This document shows positions 29,780 through 40,340 of a stretch of DNA of 64,000 nt, in pieces. The DNA is from Spirochaetota bacterium. GTDB lineage: Bacteria; Spirochaetota; UBA4802; JAFGDQ01. The number at the start of each line of letters is the position of its first letter. The first letter of the stretch is position 1. Where the stretch lies: the NCBI GenBank assembly GCA_043803405.1, contig JAZDKB010000036.1, positions 64,001 to 128,000 of the forward strand, given 5' to 3'. Under the pieces are notes generated by a model. It did no database searches. It saw only the letters and a list, made by a program, of their open reading frames with translations, and had not been told where the DNA came from. Position numbers and translations under genes: made by a program.

Positions 29780-30017
29780 TAACTTTTTAGAGGATTTGTA
29801 AAAGAAAATCAGGATAGCAGGTATAATATTCAAACCTCCAAATAATATTGCTTTATGTGACAATAAAGCCCGCCTCACCATATAACACTTCCAGCTCTTT
29901 TCCTTGACAAAAAACAGTCCGGGAATACTATTGAATTACCGGCGGATTTATTGCTGATTTCATGTCCCAGATTACGTATAATGAGCAAAGCCGGCAAAAC
30001 CCTCCCGGAGAAAAACT

Positions 30018-31673
30018 ATGCTTTTAGGTATTGACGTAGGCGGAACACATACCGATGCGGTTCTTGTCGACAGCTCCGGCATTGTGTCATCCTTTAAGAC
30101 AAAGACAGAGCACGATAATCTTCTCAGATCAATTACCACTGCGCTTGAAAAAGTATCAGCCGGTATCGACAGAAAAAAGATAACCAACATAAATCTCAGT
30201 ACTACCCTGTCCACCAATGCGATAGTTGAACAGAAGCTCGAAAAGACTGGAGTATTCATATCCTCGGGACCTGGACTAAATCCTGAAAATATAATCATGG
30301 GGGATTTTACCTTTATAATACCAGGCTCTATTGATCACCGCGGAAGAGTTGTTCAGGAACTGGACAATGAAAAGCTACAGAAAGGATATGAAGCATGCCG
30401 CAAGCAGGATGTAAAAGTGTTTGCATCAGTGACGAAATTTTCAACGCGAAATGATTCACAGGAAAAAGAAATATCCGGGATGATTAAACCCGTATCGGAC
30501 TTTACAACAGAAGGGCACAGTCTTTCAAGCCAGCTAAGCTTTCCAAGAAGAGTAGCGACTGCATATTACAACTCAGCAGTCTGGAGGATATACAATAATT
30601 TTGCAGACGCGATACTGAAGAGTGTGAAAAATCTGGGGATTGATGCCCCGGTCAACATCCTCAAGGCTGACGGGGGGACCCTTCCGGTATCCATGTCCAG
30701 GGAATTCCCCGTTGAATCCATTCTGTCAGGTCCGGCAGCGAGCATAATGGGAATAATAGCGCTTTGCAATATTACGGAAGATTCGGTCATCCTCGACATC
30801 GGCGGAACAACAACCGATATCGCCGTATTTGTCTTCGGCGCCCCGCTTATAGAGAGAGACGGGATCAGCCTCGGCGGATACCCCACGCTGATAAGATCGC
30901 TTAAAAACAGATCCATCGGGATAGGCGGCGACTCTGCCATTACTGTGAAGGACGGAAAAGTCTGCGTAGGACCACACAGGTATGGGCCATGCATGGCTGA
31001 CGGCGGCAAAAGGCCTTCTTTAATCGATGCCATGAATGTCCGTGGAATTACAGAATATGGAGACAGCAAAAAATCCAGTGAAGGAATAAATAAACTCTCG
31101 GAAACCGCAGGACTTCCGGTAAAAAAGCTGGCGGAAGAAGCCGTAAATTATGCTGTTCAAAGAATCAAAGATGAAATACGGAGCATGCTCGACGAGATCA
31201 ACCAGAAACCTGTGTATACGATTCACGAAATGATAGAAGGGATAACCGTGAAGCCGAGCAGGACATATATCATCGGAGGGCCGGCGATGGCTCTTGCAAA
31301 GCTTCTCAATCACGGTACAGAGGTCACAGTGCCGGAAAATTACGAAGTTGCAAATGCCGTCGGCGCGGCTCTCGCGCGGCCGACATTTGAAGCAGAGCTT
31401 TTTGCGGATACAGGATCCGGAAAAATGATAATACCCAACATCGGTATTGAAAAAAATGTGGACATAAAATACAGCACAAAGGATGCGAAGGAAGACGCAA
31501 TACGCTATCTTATAGAATACCTGAAAAAGAAAGGACTCCGTACAGAAAGCAAAGACATCGATATAATAGAATCATCATGTTTCAGGATGATCAGTGATTT
31601 TCATTCTTCGGGCAATGACATCAGAATAAAATGCCAGATAAAGCCCGAAGTCGCTATGAAGTTACATGCATAA
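30018..31673 (+). CDS. Hydantoinase A/oxoprolinase family protein
   Basis: GIDVGGTHTD, STTLSTNA, PVESILSGPAAS, DIGGTTTD, IGIGGDS, ANAVGAA. Confidence 0.9.
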   Translation: MLLGIDVGGTHTDAVLVDSSGIVSSFKTKTEHDNLLRSITTALEKVSAGIDRKKITNINLSTTLSTNAIVEQKLEKTGVFISSGPGLNPENIIMGDFTFIIPGSIDHRGRVVQELDNEKLQKGYEACRKQDVKVFASVTKFSTRNDSQEKEISGMIKPVSDFTTEGHSLSSQLSFPRRVATAYYNSAVWRIYNNFADAILKSVKNLGIDAPVNILKADGGTLPVSMSREFPVESILSGPAASIMGIIALCNITEDSVILDIGGTTTDIAVFVFGAPLIERDGISLGGYPTLIRSLKNRSIGIGGDSAITVKDGKVCVGPHRYGPCMADGGKRPSLIDAMNVRGITEYGDSKKSSEGINKLSETAGLPVKKLAEEAVNYAVQRIKDEIRSMLDEINQKPVYTIHEMIEGITVKPSRTYIIGGPAMALAKLLNHGTEVTVPENYEVANAVGAALARPTFEAELFADTGSGKMIIPNIGIEKNVDIKYSTKDAKEDAIRYLIEYLKKKGLRTESKDIDIIESSCFRMISDFHSSGNDIRIKCQIKPEVAMKLHA

Positions 31674-31688
31674 GCAGAGGTAGCAGAA

Positions 31689-33005
31689 ATGATAAAAGCA
31701 AAAAACCGGCTCGGACTTATTTTCTTCCCTGCCTATGACTGGGCGATATCACCCACACATCCCGAAAGAGAAGAAAGACTGCTCTACACGCAGGACCAGC
31801 TGAGGGAAGAGGGTATTTTCGATATAGAAGGGATAGTGGAGCTGAAGCCTGACATAGCAAATGAAGAAGACGTGATGAGAAGCCATTTCTGCTTTCCGGA
31901 TGTCAGGAAGGTTACAACAGAATCCCATATGATTTCCGCAGGTGGAGCGATCCGTGCAGCCAGGGCAGTCCTTAGCGGAGAAGTAGACAAAGCATTTGCG
32001 CTTGTAAGGCCTCCGGGACATCACTCAATGAGATGCGTACACGGGAACAGGGGATTCTGCAACATAAATAACGAAGCCATTATGCTGGAATACATAAGGG
32101 AAAATTCAAATATAAGACGAATTGCAATAGTTGATACAGACTGCCACCACGGAGACGGGACGCAGGATATTTTCTGGCACGATCCGGATGTTCTTTTTAT
32201 ATCCATTCATCAGGATGGCCGCACTCTGTATCCGGGTTCAGGACATGTTATTGAGCTGGGCGGGCCGGCAGCGAGGGGCCGTACCATCAACATTCCGCTC
32301 CCGCCCTCAACCGGGGAGGAAGGATTTCTTTACACAATCGACAACATGGTTATGCCCATTCTCAAAGATTTTAAGCCGGAAATTATAATAAACTCAGCCG
32401 GGCAGGATAATCACTATACTGATCCCATTACGAACATGAACTTCACTGCGCAGGGCTACGCGATACTGAATGACAGGCTCAGTCCTGACATAGCAGTTCT
32501 CGAAGGCGGCTACTCAATACAGGGTGCACTGCCCTATGTCAATCTTGGAATTGTACTTGCCATGGCAGGGATCGATTATTCCCATGTGACGGAACCTGAT
32601 TATAATCCCGAATTATTGATACAGGAAAAAGCCGTAACCTCATATATAGCAGACCTGAAAGACGTAGTCCTGAACAATTATTTTAAGCCCGAACCGTCCC
32701 GCGAGCATCCGGGCATTGGAAATTTTGCTATTAGACAAAAAAACATCTTCTATGATACTGACGGCATCAGGGAACAGCAGAGAGAGCATGTTATGATGTG
32801 CGACAAATGCAGGGGGCTTATGTATATTGAATCAGCTTCGTCAGTGAATCCGCTTTGCATGGGCATTGAAGTACCTGTTGATGCGTGTAAAAACTGCCAG
32901 GCTGAAGGGGAAAAGATTTATAAAAAATCAGTAGAATCAAAAAAGTATCTTACGGTTCAGCTTACAGACAGGGTAAATAAAAAATACATAAGAAGCAGCC
33001 GGTAA
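31689..33005 (+). CDS. Histone deacetylase family amidohydrolase with C-terminal extension
   Basis: HPERE.RL, RPPGHH, GFC, DTDCHHGDGTQ, SIHQ, SAGQD.H..DP, LEGGY; C-terminal CDKC...CKNC. Confidence 0.9.
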   Translation: MIKAKNRLGLIFFPAYDWAISPTHPEREERLLYTQDQLREEGIFDIEGIVELKPDIANEEDVMRSHFCFPDVRKVTTESHMISAGGAIRAARAVLSGEVDKAFALVRPPGHHSMRCVHGNRGFCNINNEAIMLEYIRENSNIRRIAIVDTDCHHGDGTQDIFWHDPDVLFISIHQDGRTLYPGSGHVIELGGPAARGRTINIPLPPSTGEEGFLYTIDNMVMPILKDFKPEIIINSAGQDNHYTDPITNMNFTAQGYAILNDRLSPDIAVLEGGYSIQGALPYVNLGIVLAMAGIDYSHVTEPDYNPELLIQEKAVTSYIADLKDVVLNNYFKPEPSREHPGIGNFAIRQKNIFYDTDGIREQQREHVMMCDKCRGLMYIESASSVNPLCMGIEVPVDACKNCQAEGEKIYKKSVESKKYLTVQLTDRVNKKYIRSSR

Positions 33006-33084
33006 AGATGGTTCATCAGTTATTGTAAACTATTTTTAATCAATCTCACAAGTCTATTATAAAAAATCGCAATGCTGCTCACGA

Positions 33085-33912
33085 TTGCTATTGGAAGACT
33101 ATAAAAACAACATGGTGATCGCCATAGATAAAAAACACGTTCTTTACGAAATCAAGGACAATATCGCCTTTATTACACTCAACAGGCCTGAAGTAAAAAA
33201 CGCATTCAGCCCCGAGATGATACATCTCTGGCGTGAATGCCTTGAAGCGGCAAAACTTGATAATGAGGTAAGGGTCATCATTGTTACAGGAAAAGGAGAC
33301 ACATTCAGCTCAGGCGGTGACATAAAAGATATGGCAGATGGCAAGCTCAGGTCATGGGACATGAAGCGTTTTGTCTGGGACGGAGTCCACCGGATAATCC
33401 TGGCCATGGAAGACCTCGATAAACCCGTCATTGCCGCTATTAACGGCGCAGCAATGGGAGCCGGTCTTGATATGGCGCTTATGTGTGATCTCCGGATCAT
33501 GTCGGAAAAAGCTAAGATTGCAGAATCATATATTAACCTGGGACTGGTCCCGGGCGATGGCGGTTCCTACTTTCTTCCGAAACTCATCAACGTATCCAAG
33601 GCGCTGGAGCTTCTGCTTACCGGCGATGTGCTCAATGCCAGGGAAGCACTGGAACTCGGGATTGTCAATAAAGTCGTGCCTCATGAGCAGCTTATGGAAG
33701 AAACTGTAAGGTTTGCAACTAAGATTGCAGGCAAGCCTCCCCTAGCCGTACGTATGATGAAGAGAGCTGTATATCAGTCACAGACGTCCGGTTTAAGGGC
33801 ACATCTCGATTATATCTCTTCCCAGTTGTGTCTCCTTGCAGAGACTGAAGATCATATCGAGGCAGTGAATGCGTTCCTTGAAAAGCGTAAACCGGTTTTC
33901 ACAGGAAAATAG
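33085..33912 (+). CDS. Enoyl-CoA hydratase/isomerase (start may be ATG 33112)
   Basis: ITLNRPE..NA, FSSGGD, KPVIAAINGAAMGAG, GLVPGDGG, AFLEKRKP.F.GK. Confidence 0.92.
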   Translation: MLLEDYKNNMVIAIDKKHVLYEIKDNIAFITLNRPEVKNAFSPEMIHLWRECLEAAKLDNEVRVIIVTGKGDTFSSGGDIKDMADGKLRSWDMKRFVWDGVHRIILAMEDLDKPVIAAINGAAMGAGLDMALMCDLRIMSEKAKIAESYINLGLVPGDGGSYFLPKLINVSKALELLLTGDVLNAREALELGIVNKVVPHEQLMEETVRFATKIAGKPPLAVRMMKRAVYQSQTSGLRAHLDYISSQLCLLAETEDHIEAVNAFLEKRKPVFTGK

Positions 33913-33924
33913 CTAGGATGGGTT

Positions 33925-35757
33925 CTAGTTTTTAAATATAAGCATCATACAATTTTTGCAGTCAAACTCAATCCTGTATTTAACATTATTATCAATCAGA
34001 TAAAATGGTTCTATATATTTACTTTTATTCCCTGGATTTTTCTGGCAGAGATTGTTTTCATGTTTAAGGCATAGCCTTGTTGTCATTAGCGGACCATCTA
34101 TTCGGAATGGTGATATTTCAAAAGCTTTTTCAATTTCTTCTGCACAATGTCTTTTGTAGAATTCTTCTGCAAGATGATTGCTTACATTATACCTGAAATC
34201 AATTTTTTTATTTGGATATATGGTTTGCGTTTTTTTTATTTCTGAATGTTTTACTTTATAATTTGCTTTTCTCGTTTCAAGAAGTTTCCAGACTGCATTT
34301 CTTCTGAGTTCATTCAATATGCTTACAGGGAGAAAATAATTTTCAGAGAACATTATTTTAATATCTGATGCGGCAAATATAGTTCCGCCAAGTTTTGAAA
34401 GCTGTTTCTTTATCTGTTCATAGTCAGCTTTATCGGAACGGGAGATATCTTTGGATGAACTGATTTCTGATGAAGAAAAGTAACCGTCTTCATCCGTTAA
34501 GGTAAGCTTAAATCCGTTATCCGTTTCTGCCAGTATCAAGGCCACATCGATCTTACGTTCGGTTTTAGATAGCGATAATGTTTTTTCAAATGCTGCATCA
34601 TTGTTGCGGTAAACTATTGCATCCTTATAAATCCCGTTCATTGAAAGAGGATAAATCTTATCTGCGTCTGCTCTGTTGACTTTTACTCCTGTAAGATTCA
34701 TATTATTATCAAAGAACGCGAGGCCGTCGCCGTTGTTTATTTTTTCACTGCTTTCTATCCGGAACCAGTTGCTGCCGGTTTCAGAAACCCTTCCCATCAA
34801 CTTGCCAAGCGATTTGGGCGTATCATAAGAACGTATTGACTCCGAGCTGTGTAATGATTTATTTTTCAGAAAATAATCCGTGTAGCCCCGGTTAAAAGTT
34901 CTGAACGGATCCGGGGTAAAGTCAAAATAAACTTTTCCGGAGGAAGCTTTTGTGCAATCGGTTTTTCCTTCAAGTATATTATCTATAGCAATCCGGTAAT
35001 GGGCTGTTATATTTTTCACATAGTTAATATCTTTAAGCCTGCCTTCTATTTTTAACGAATCCGCGCCTGCGTCAATTATATCTTGTAAATTTGCAGTCTG
35101 GTTCAAATCTTTGAGCGACAGCGGGTATTTATGCCCGGAAACAATTTCTCCTGCTGCGTCTCTCAAAATATAGCTTTTTCTGCAAGGCTGCGCGCATTCT
35201 CCGCGGTTTGCGCTTCGCCCTCCCATTGATGCGCTCATATAGCATCTGCCGCTTAAGCTTACACAAAGCGCTCCATGTATAAAAACCTCAAGCTCGCAGG
35301 ATGTGCTGCCGCGTATCTCTTTTATCTGCTGAATAGAAAGCTCGCGCGCAAGCACAATGCGTGAGAAGCCGGTCTTATCGAGAAACTTTATTCTTTCAAT
35401 GTCGAAGTTATCTGCCTGGGTACTTGCGTGGATGGGAACCGGTGGGATGGACATCTCCAGTATCCCCATGTCCTGTATTATTATAGCATCTATGCCGCGG
35501 TTATAAAGATCGGTTATGAGCCTTTCCGCATCTTCAAGTTCATCATTATAAAGAATTGTGTTTACCGCGGCATAGACTTTTGCATTATACAAATGTGCAT
35601 GTTTGATAAGTTTCCCAATATCATCAATTGAGTTTGCCGCTGCGGCGCGCGCGCTGAATTTCTGCGCGCCTATGTATACAGCATCTGCGCCAAAGTTTAT
35701 AGCGGCAATCCCGGTCTCAAGATTTTTGGCAGGAGCCAGCAGTTCTATCTTTCGCAT
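33925..35757 (-). CDS. rlhA: Peptidase U32 family protein with long C-terminal domain (RlhA/YdcP-like 23S rRNA hydroxylase)
   Basis: ELLAPA, GADAVYIG, HASTQ, LAREL, HGALCVSLSGRC, RSANRGECAQPCR, SLKIEGR; 610 aa. Confidence 0.8.
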   Translation of the reverse strand: MRKIELLAPAKNLETGIAAINFGADAVYIGAQKFSARAAAANSIDDIGKLIKHAHLYNAKVYAAVNTILYNDELEDAERLITDLYNRGIDAIIIQDMGILEMSIPPVPIHASTQADNFDIERIKFLDKTGFSRIVLARELSIQQIKEIRGSTSCELEVFIHGALCVSLSGRCYMSASMGGRSANRGECAQPCRKSYILRDAAGEIVSGHKYPLSLKDLNQTANLQDIIDAGADSLKIEGRLKDINYVKNITAHYRIAIDNILEGKTDCTKASSGKVYFDFTPDPFRTFNRGYTDYFLKNKSLHSSESIRSYDTPKSLGKLMGRVSETGSNWFRIESSEKINNGDGLAFFDNNMNLTGVKVNRADADKIYPLSMNGIYKDAIVYRNNDAAFEKTLSLSKTERKIDVALILAETDNGFKLTLTDEDGYFSSSEISSSKDISRSDKADYEQIKKQLSKLGGTIFAASDIKIMFSENYFLPVSILNELRRNAVWKLLETRKANYKVKHSEIKKTQTIYPNKKIDFRYNVSNHLAEEFYKRHCAEEIEKAFEISPFRIDGPLMTTRLCLKHENNLCQKNPGNKSKYIEPFYLIDNNVKYRIEFDCKNCMMLIFKN

Positions 35758-35768
35758 AATAATAGTTA

Positions 35769-35849
35769 TCTGAACCGTAATTTACATGATTTAAGGATTA
35801 ACCTGAAAAAATCATGGAAATCCTTTAATCCCGTAAATCCTGGTTCAGA
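35769..35849. repeat. Intergenic inverted repeat (REP-like)
   Basis: 35769-35799 versus 35819-35849, 25/31 inverted match. Confidence 0.7.
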
Positions 35850-36437
35850 CTAATTTTCTCCGAATATCTTTGCATAAACTTCTTTCTTCGTTAGTTCGCG
35901 GACCTCACCGGATCTCATATTGCCAAGCTTAACGCCCTCAATAGCAGTTCTTACAAGACGCAGAGTAGGGAACCCGACTGCTGCTGTCATTTTTCTTACC
36001 TGTCTGTTTTTCCCTTCATTCAGCGTCAGCTCCAACCACGATGTTGGAATAGATTTTCTATAGCGAATAGGAGGCACGCGATCTGGCAGTTCAGGTTCTT
36101 CTTTTATTTCAGCTGCTTTTGCGGGAATTGTATGATATGGCTTTCCATTAATTGTTATTGTAACTCCTTTACATAGCTTACCCAGCGCTTCAGGAGTTAC
36201 TGTACCATCTACCTGAACCAGGTAAGTCCTTGAATGCCCAAATTTTGGATTGAGCAGCCGGTGATTCAGCTCTGTATCATTTGTAAGAATCAAAAGTCCT
36301 TCGCTATCGGCATCAAGACGCCCTACAGGATATACATCTTTCTCAAAAGACGCTAATTGACCCAGGGTAGCCTTGCTCCCTTTGGCGCTGAACTGGCTTA
36401 ACATATTAAAAGGCTTGTATATAATATAATACTTCAT
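35850..36437 (-). CDS. rluE: RsuA-family rRNA pseudouridine synthase (RluE-like)
   Basis: KPFNMLSQF, VGRLDADSEGL, PPIRYRK..PT.WL, EGKNRQVRKMTAAVGFPTLRLVR. Confidence 0.9.
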   Translation of the reverse strand: MKYYIIYKPFNMLSQFSAKGSKATLGQLASFEKDVYPVGRLDADSEGLLILTNDTELNHRLLNPKFGHSRTYLVQVDGTVTPEALGKLCKGVTITINGKPYHTIPAKAAEIKEEPELPDRVPPIRYRKSIPTSWLELTLNEGKNRQVRKMTAAVGFPTLRLVRTAIEGVKLGNMRSGEVRELTKKEVYAKIFGEN

Positions 36438-36513
36438 TGTAATTATACGCATTCGGAATGATTTTTAATTATCCTGTGAACTTTATAATTGCTGTGGATC
36501 TTATTTTTAAGTT

Positions 36514-36867
36514 TTATTTTATTTTTAATTCTTCCTGGATTTTTTTTGATAAACCTTTTACTACTAAATTATATGAATCTTTAATCCATTCCTTCAGTTG
36601 TTTATCCGGTATTTTGCCGTCCATTTTAATACTGTTCCAGTGATTTTTGTTTAAATAATATCCTGGAATTACAGAATCAAACATTTGACGGATGATCTGT
36701 GCATCATCCGGATCACACTTTACGCTAATAAGTTCAAATGTATTACAATTAGTAAGAGTAAACATTTTACCTTTGACTTTATATACTAATGTTGTTTCAT
36801 CAAATGGATACTCTTCAGTTACACCTTTAAATGAACTGCAATATTTTTTAAATTGCTTCAGATTCAT
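36514..36867 (-). CDS. MmcQ/YjbR family protein
   Basis: EEYPF, YKVKGKMF, VKCDP, PGYYLNKNHW, SYNLV. Confidence 0.9.
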   Translation of the reverse strand: MNLKQFKKYCSSFKGVTEEYPFDETTLVYKVKGKMFTLTNCNTFELISVKCDPDDAQIIRQMFDSVIPGYYLNKNHWNSIKMDGKIPDKQLKEWIKDSYNLVVKGLSKKIQEELKIK

Positions 36868-36961
36868 CTTTATGCATTTCTCCCGGTTTTGTATTGCTCC
36901 TCCGTTATTTCCTCCCATATAGCACAATGCATCGTTAAAGAGCCTGTTGCTGTGCTGGACA

Positions 36962-37423
36962 TCACATATGGTGCCTGGAAATGTATATTATACCACCGCT
37001 GATTGCCATTGTGATTAATCCAATGACATAGAGAATGATTACCGGAAACCAGAGCTGGCTGACCGAGTTGATCTCCGCATTTTTTGGATCGACCGGGTCG
37101 TATAGAACTGTAACCTGCTGGCCTATTGCGTAATCGTCGGAATTTCCTCCTATCTGCGAACGAAATTTTATCGATTTACCGTCAGTAGTTTTAAAACTTA
37201 CGATTGGTGCATAGGTTGTGAATGTCTTACCGCGGTGTATATGGAAATCAACTACTGTTCCTGTAGCTGGAATGGAGTTTTTTATAAAAATAATATTTTT
37301 AACCAGTAAAACCGACGCAAAAATAATGCATCCGCACCCTATGAGGAAGAATATCCATAGCCACAGAGAAGAAGAATCATCTTTTTGGGATTTCATCAGA
37401 CTATTACCATCGATTTCGGGCAT
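36962..37423 (-). CDS. DUF3592-like membrane protein
   Basis: TM, then ATGTVV...YAPIVSF...GQQVTVLYDP.DP, then TM. Confidence 0.8.
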   Translation of the reverse strand: MPEIDGNSLMKSQKDDSSSLWLWIFFLIGCGCIIFASVLLVKNIIFIKNSIPATGTVVDFHIHRGKTFTTYAPIVSFKTTDGKSIKFRSQIGGNSDDYAIGQQVTVLYDPVDPKNAEINSVSQLWFPVIILYVIGLITMAISGGIIYISRHHM

Positions 37424-37659
37424 TGAAATATCCTGAAAAATGATCTTAATGGATTAGCTGGTTTAATATGATCAGAGAAATAAAATGGGTCAAGTAGAAT
37501 ATACGGGACTTCGTTTAATTTGAATCACGTTTCGGTTTGTGTGTTTTTTTACTTTTGAGTTTTACTAAATTTAAGTAAGGTTCGGAACAGAGGATTTGCT
37601 AGACAAAAAAAAATTTCATGATAACAATGGCATTGGGCTTCAACCCATGTTAAAATTAT

Positions 37660-38742
37660 TTATATATTCACTGCAACTCCAACTAAAAATACAACCCCTG
37701 AGATTTTACCATCTACTTTATTGCCATTATTTAGTCTCATTTCTTTGCTTCCGGATTTAAAATCTGATGCTACTGCATAAGGAATGTAAATCGATGAATA
37801 AAATGTAAAATTATGAAGATCAAATCCGAAACCTATGATGCCATGATAACCTAAGCTTTCACTTCTATAATTTTCGTTAAATAAATTACTATATGGGCCT
37901 GAAGATTTACTATCTACTTTAGTATAGGTAATTGAGTTATCATATTTCATATGATATTTATTAAGCCCAGCACCTAACAATAAATATGGTTTAAATAGTA
38001 CCTCGGTTGTAATATTTTTTTTATAATAAATTGAAATACCATAATAATAAGTTATAAAATCTGTTGTTAAAGATAGATCTGCATAATCTGGTTGTCCCCC
38101 AATAGTACTGGTTTTCCACATCTTTGTATAACCCAAATTTAGACCAATTCCAACTGTATTGTATATAAATACTCTAGCTTCCATAGCTATATTCATTAAT
38201 AAAAAATCATCATATGATGAACCAGAGGAATCAGCATAACAATTACTAAATTTAACATCTGTATTTCGTAAATAATTAACATATCTTTGAGTTTGTTCTT
38301 TATTCCATTTTGTTAAATCGGGATTACTATTATAACCAAGTCCGAAAATAGGTAAAATAAAGTAAAATTTGTATTTTCTTTCTTCTTGGATATTTACATC
38401 ATTTCTGTCTTTTGAAAAATTATTATTTTGTTCTATATTATCTTCAGAGATTTGAACTTCCTCTCCGGATGAATACATAATTTTTTTTACATCATCGCGT
38501 AAAATAATTCTATTATCACCTGATACTGTAAGATAGATTATTGAGTCTATTGTAACTTTAACTATTTTCCCTTTGATAATATTTCCATCTTTTAAAAATA
38601 TTGTATCATTTGCATGGATTCTCACTATATTTGCATCTTCAGATATGTTTCGATTTTCTTGAGGGTAAGCAGCTTTAAAAATAAAAAAAATAATAAAAAT
38701 TATAAAAAGTATACTTCGTATTTTCATTATAAATTTCTCCAT
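37660..38742 (-). CDS. Hypothetical exported/outer-membrane protein, very AT-rich
   Basis: Signal peptide, DTIFLKDGNIIKGKI N-terminal domain, alternating aromatic beta-strands in the C-terminal half. Confidence 0.6.
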   Translation of the reverse strand: MEKFIMKIRSILFIIFIIFFIFKAAYPQENRNISEDANIVRIHANDTIFLKDGNIIKGKIVKVTIDSIIYLTVSGDNRIILRDDVKKIMYSSGEEVQISEDNIEQNNNFSKDRNDVNIQEERKYKFYFILPIFGLGYNSNPDLTKWNKEQTQRYVNYLRNTDVKFSNCYADSSGSSYDDFLLMNIAMEARVFIYNTVGIGLNLGYTKMWKTSTIGGQPDYADLSLTTDFITYYYGISIYYKKNITTEVLFKPYLLLGAGLNKYHMKYDNSITYTKVDSKSSGPYSNLFNENYRSESLGYHGIIGFGFDLHNFTFYSSIYIPYAVASDFKSGSKEMRLNNGNKVDGKISGVVFLVGVAVNI

Positions 38743-39141
38743 TTAGAAATAGTTAATAATAGTTAACAAAGGATTATTAAACTTGTCTTCCCAAATGAGG
38801 AGATGTCTGGAAATAGGAATTTAAAGGACTCATTTTTCCGTATAAATGAAGTAAATCATAAGCTATTGTGGAGTCTATAGTGGTTCATATCATGCAATCA
38901 CCCCGATAGGTAACAAATTACATACGGGATATCCATTTTATTTCCTGCTAAATTATGCAGCACTCCTGCTAATCTATATTTAAAATTTTGAAATATACTG
39001 CCCGATTTTATCGATTTTTTAAATAACCGGGTGTGTTTTTTTTAAAAGCAGCGGAAAATCTATTTGACTTTTTAAAACCTACCGAGCGATAGTTCTATTA
39101 ATTAAGTAATTATAATTATAACAATACAATAGTTAAGGAGG

Positions 39142-40239
39142 ATGATAATGAAGGAAATCAAGACAGTGGGAGTCGTCGGTTTTGGCGTAATGGGAGCCGC
39201 GATCGGACTCAATGCCGCTATGAGCGGATATAAGGTCGTCTTCAAGGAACTCAATGATGATCTGGTTAAGGCCATGTATGACAAATTCGTAGCCAAGGCA
39301 ATGGCCAAAAGAGTAGAGCAGGGAAAGATGAGCAAGGAAGAGGCGGATAAAATCTGCGGGATGATCAAAGGAACAAAGGAATTCAAGGATCTGGCAGTTT
39401 GCGATCTTATAATAGAAGCAGTTGTGGAAAATATTAATCTCAAGGTTCAGTGTTTCGAAGAAATTTCCAAAGTGGTTCCCAAGGATACCATTATTGTAAG
39501 CAACACTTCGACCTTCCCGATTGCCACTCTTATGGCAAAGGTTGATAATCCGGCTCGGACCGCAGGTCTTCATTATTTCTTCCCTGCAAATGTTAACCGC
39601 CTGGTTGAAGTAATACGCCAGAAAGCAACGAGCGATGACACATATCAGGCACTCATGGCTTTTGGAAAGGGAAATAAAAAAGTGCCTATCACGGTCAGCG
39701 ATTTCCCCGGCTTTGCAGTCAATCCTGTTTTTATTGCTGCCTACATGGTTCTCGATTTGTTCGCAGGCGGCAAGTACAATATTGCAACCCTTGAGAGCAT
39801 ATCACAGGAATTCCTTGGGCTTAAATTCGGGATTATGTGGGTTCAGAAGGGAGCTGGACTTGGCACATGCTATCACGCCGCAGTTTCAATGCTCGATTAT
39901 CTAGGTAAAACCGATATAGGTTACCCGCCGGTTCCGGCATTTTTAAAGAAAAGCTTTGATGAAAAAGCGGATTGGAATCTGGCCGATGGCCCGGTTCTGG
40001 AAGATAAAGCAGCACGTAGTGCCGTAGGTGAAGTTTTACTGGGCTCCATTTTCTGCATTTCCAAGCACCTCATCGCAAAGAAGGTTGTGTCCATTGAGGA
40101 CCTGGATCTGGGGATTCGCACATCTCTTGCATGGCCGAAAGGACCGTTCGCAATGATGAATGACATGGGAGCGGAAAAAACCAAACAACTGATGCAAAAG
40201 GCTGTGGATGCCGGCTACTTTAAGATGCCTCCTATGTAA
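39142..40239 (+). CDS. 3-hydroxyacyl-CoA dehydrogenase with duplicated C-terminal domain
   Basis: GVVGFGVMG, IEAVVEN, SNTST, GLHYFFPA..LVEV, D.PGF; second domain D.G....L.WPKGPF. Confidence 0.9.
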   Translation: MIMKEIKTVGVVGFGVMGAAIGLNAAMSGYKVVFKELNDDLVKAMYDKFVAKAMAKRVEQGKMSKEEADKICGMIKGTKEFKDLAVCDLIIEAVVENINLKVQCFEEISKVVPKDTIIVSNTSTFPIATLMAKVDNPARTAGLHYFFPANVNRLVEVIRQKATSDDTYQALMAFGKGNKKVPITVSDFPGFAVNPVFIAAYMVLDLFAGGKYNIATLESISQEFLGLKFGIMWVQKGAGLGTCYHAAVSMLDYLGKTDIGYPPVPAFLKKSFDEKADWNLADGPVLEDKAARSAVGEVLLGSIFCISKHLIAKKVVSIEDLDLGIRTSLAWPKGPFAMMNDMGAEKTKQLMQKAVDAGYFKMPPM

Positions 40240-40280
40240 TTAATATATTTAAACTGAAGAGCTAACTGATCTATAAAAAT

Positions 40281-40314
40281 AAAAAAGGCGAGTCTTTAAT
40301 GACCCGCCTTTTTT
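40281..40314. terminator. Bidirectional intrinsic terminator
   Basis: AAAAAAGGCGAGTC-TTTAAT-GACCCGCCTTTTTT between convergent genes. Confidence 0.8.
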
Positions 40315-40340
40315 GCGTTTAGTCATAATAATTCATTTTT

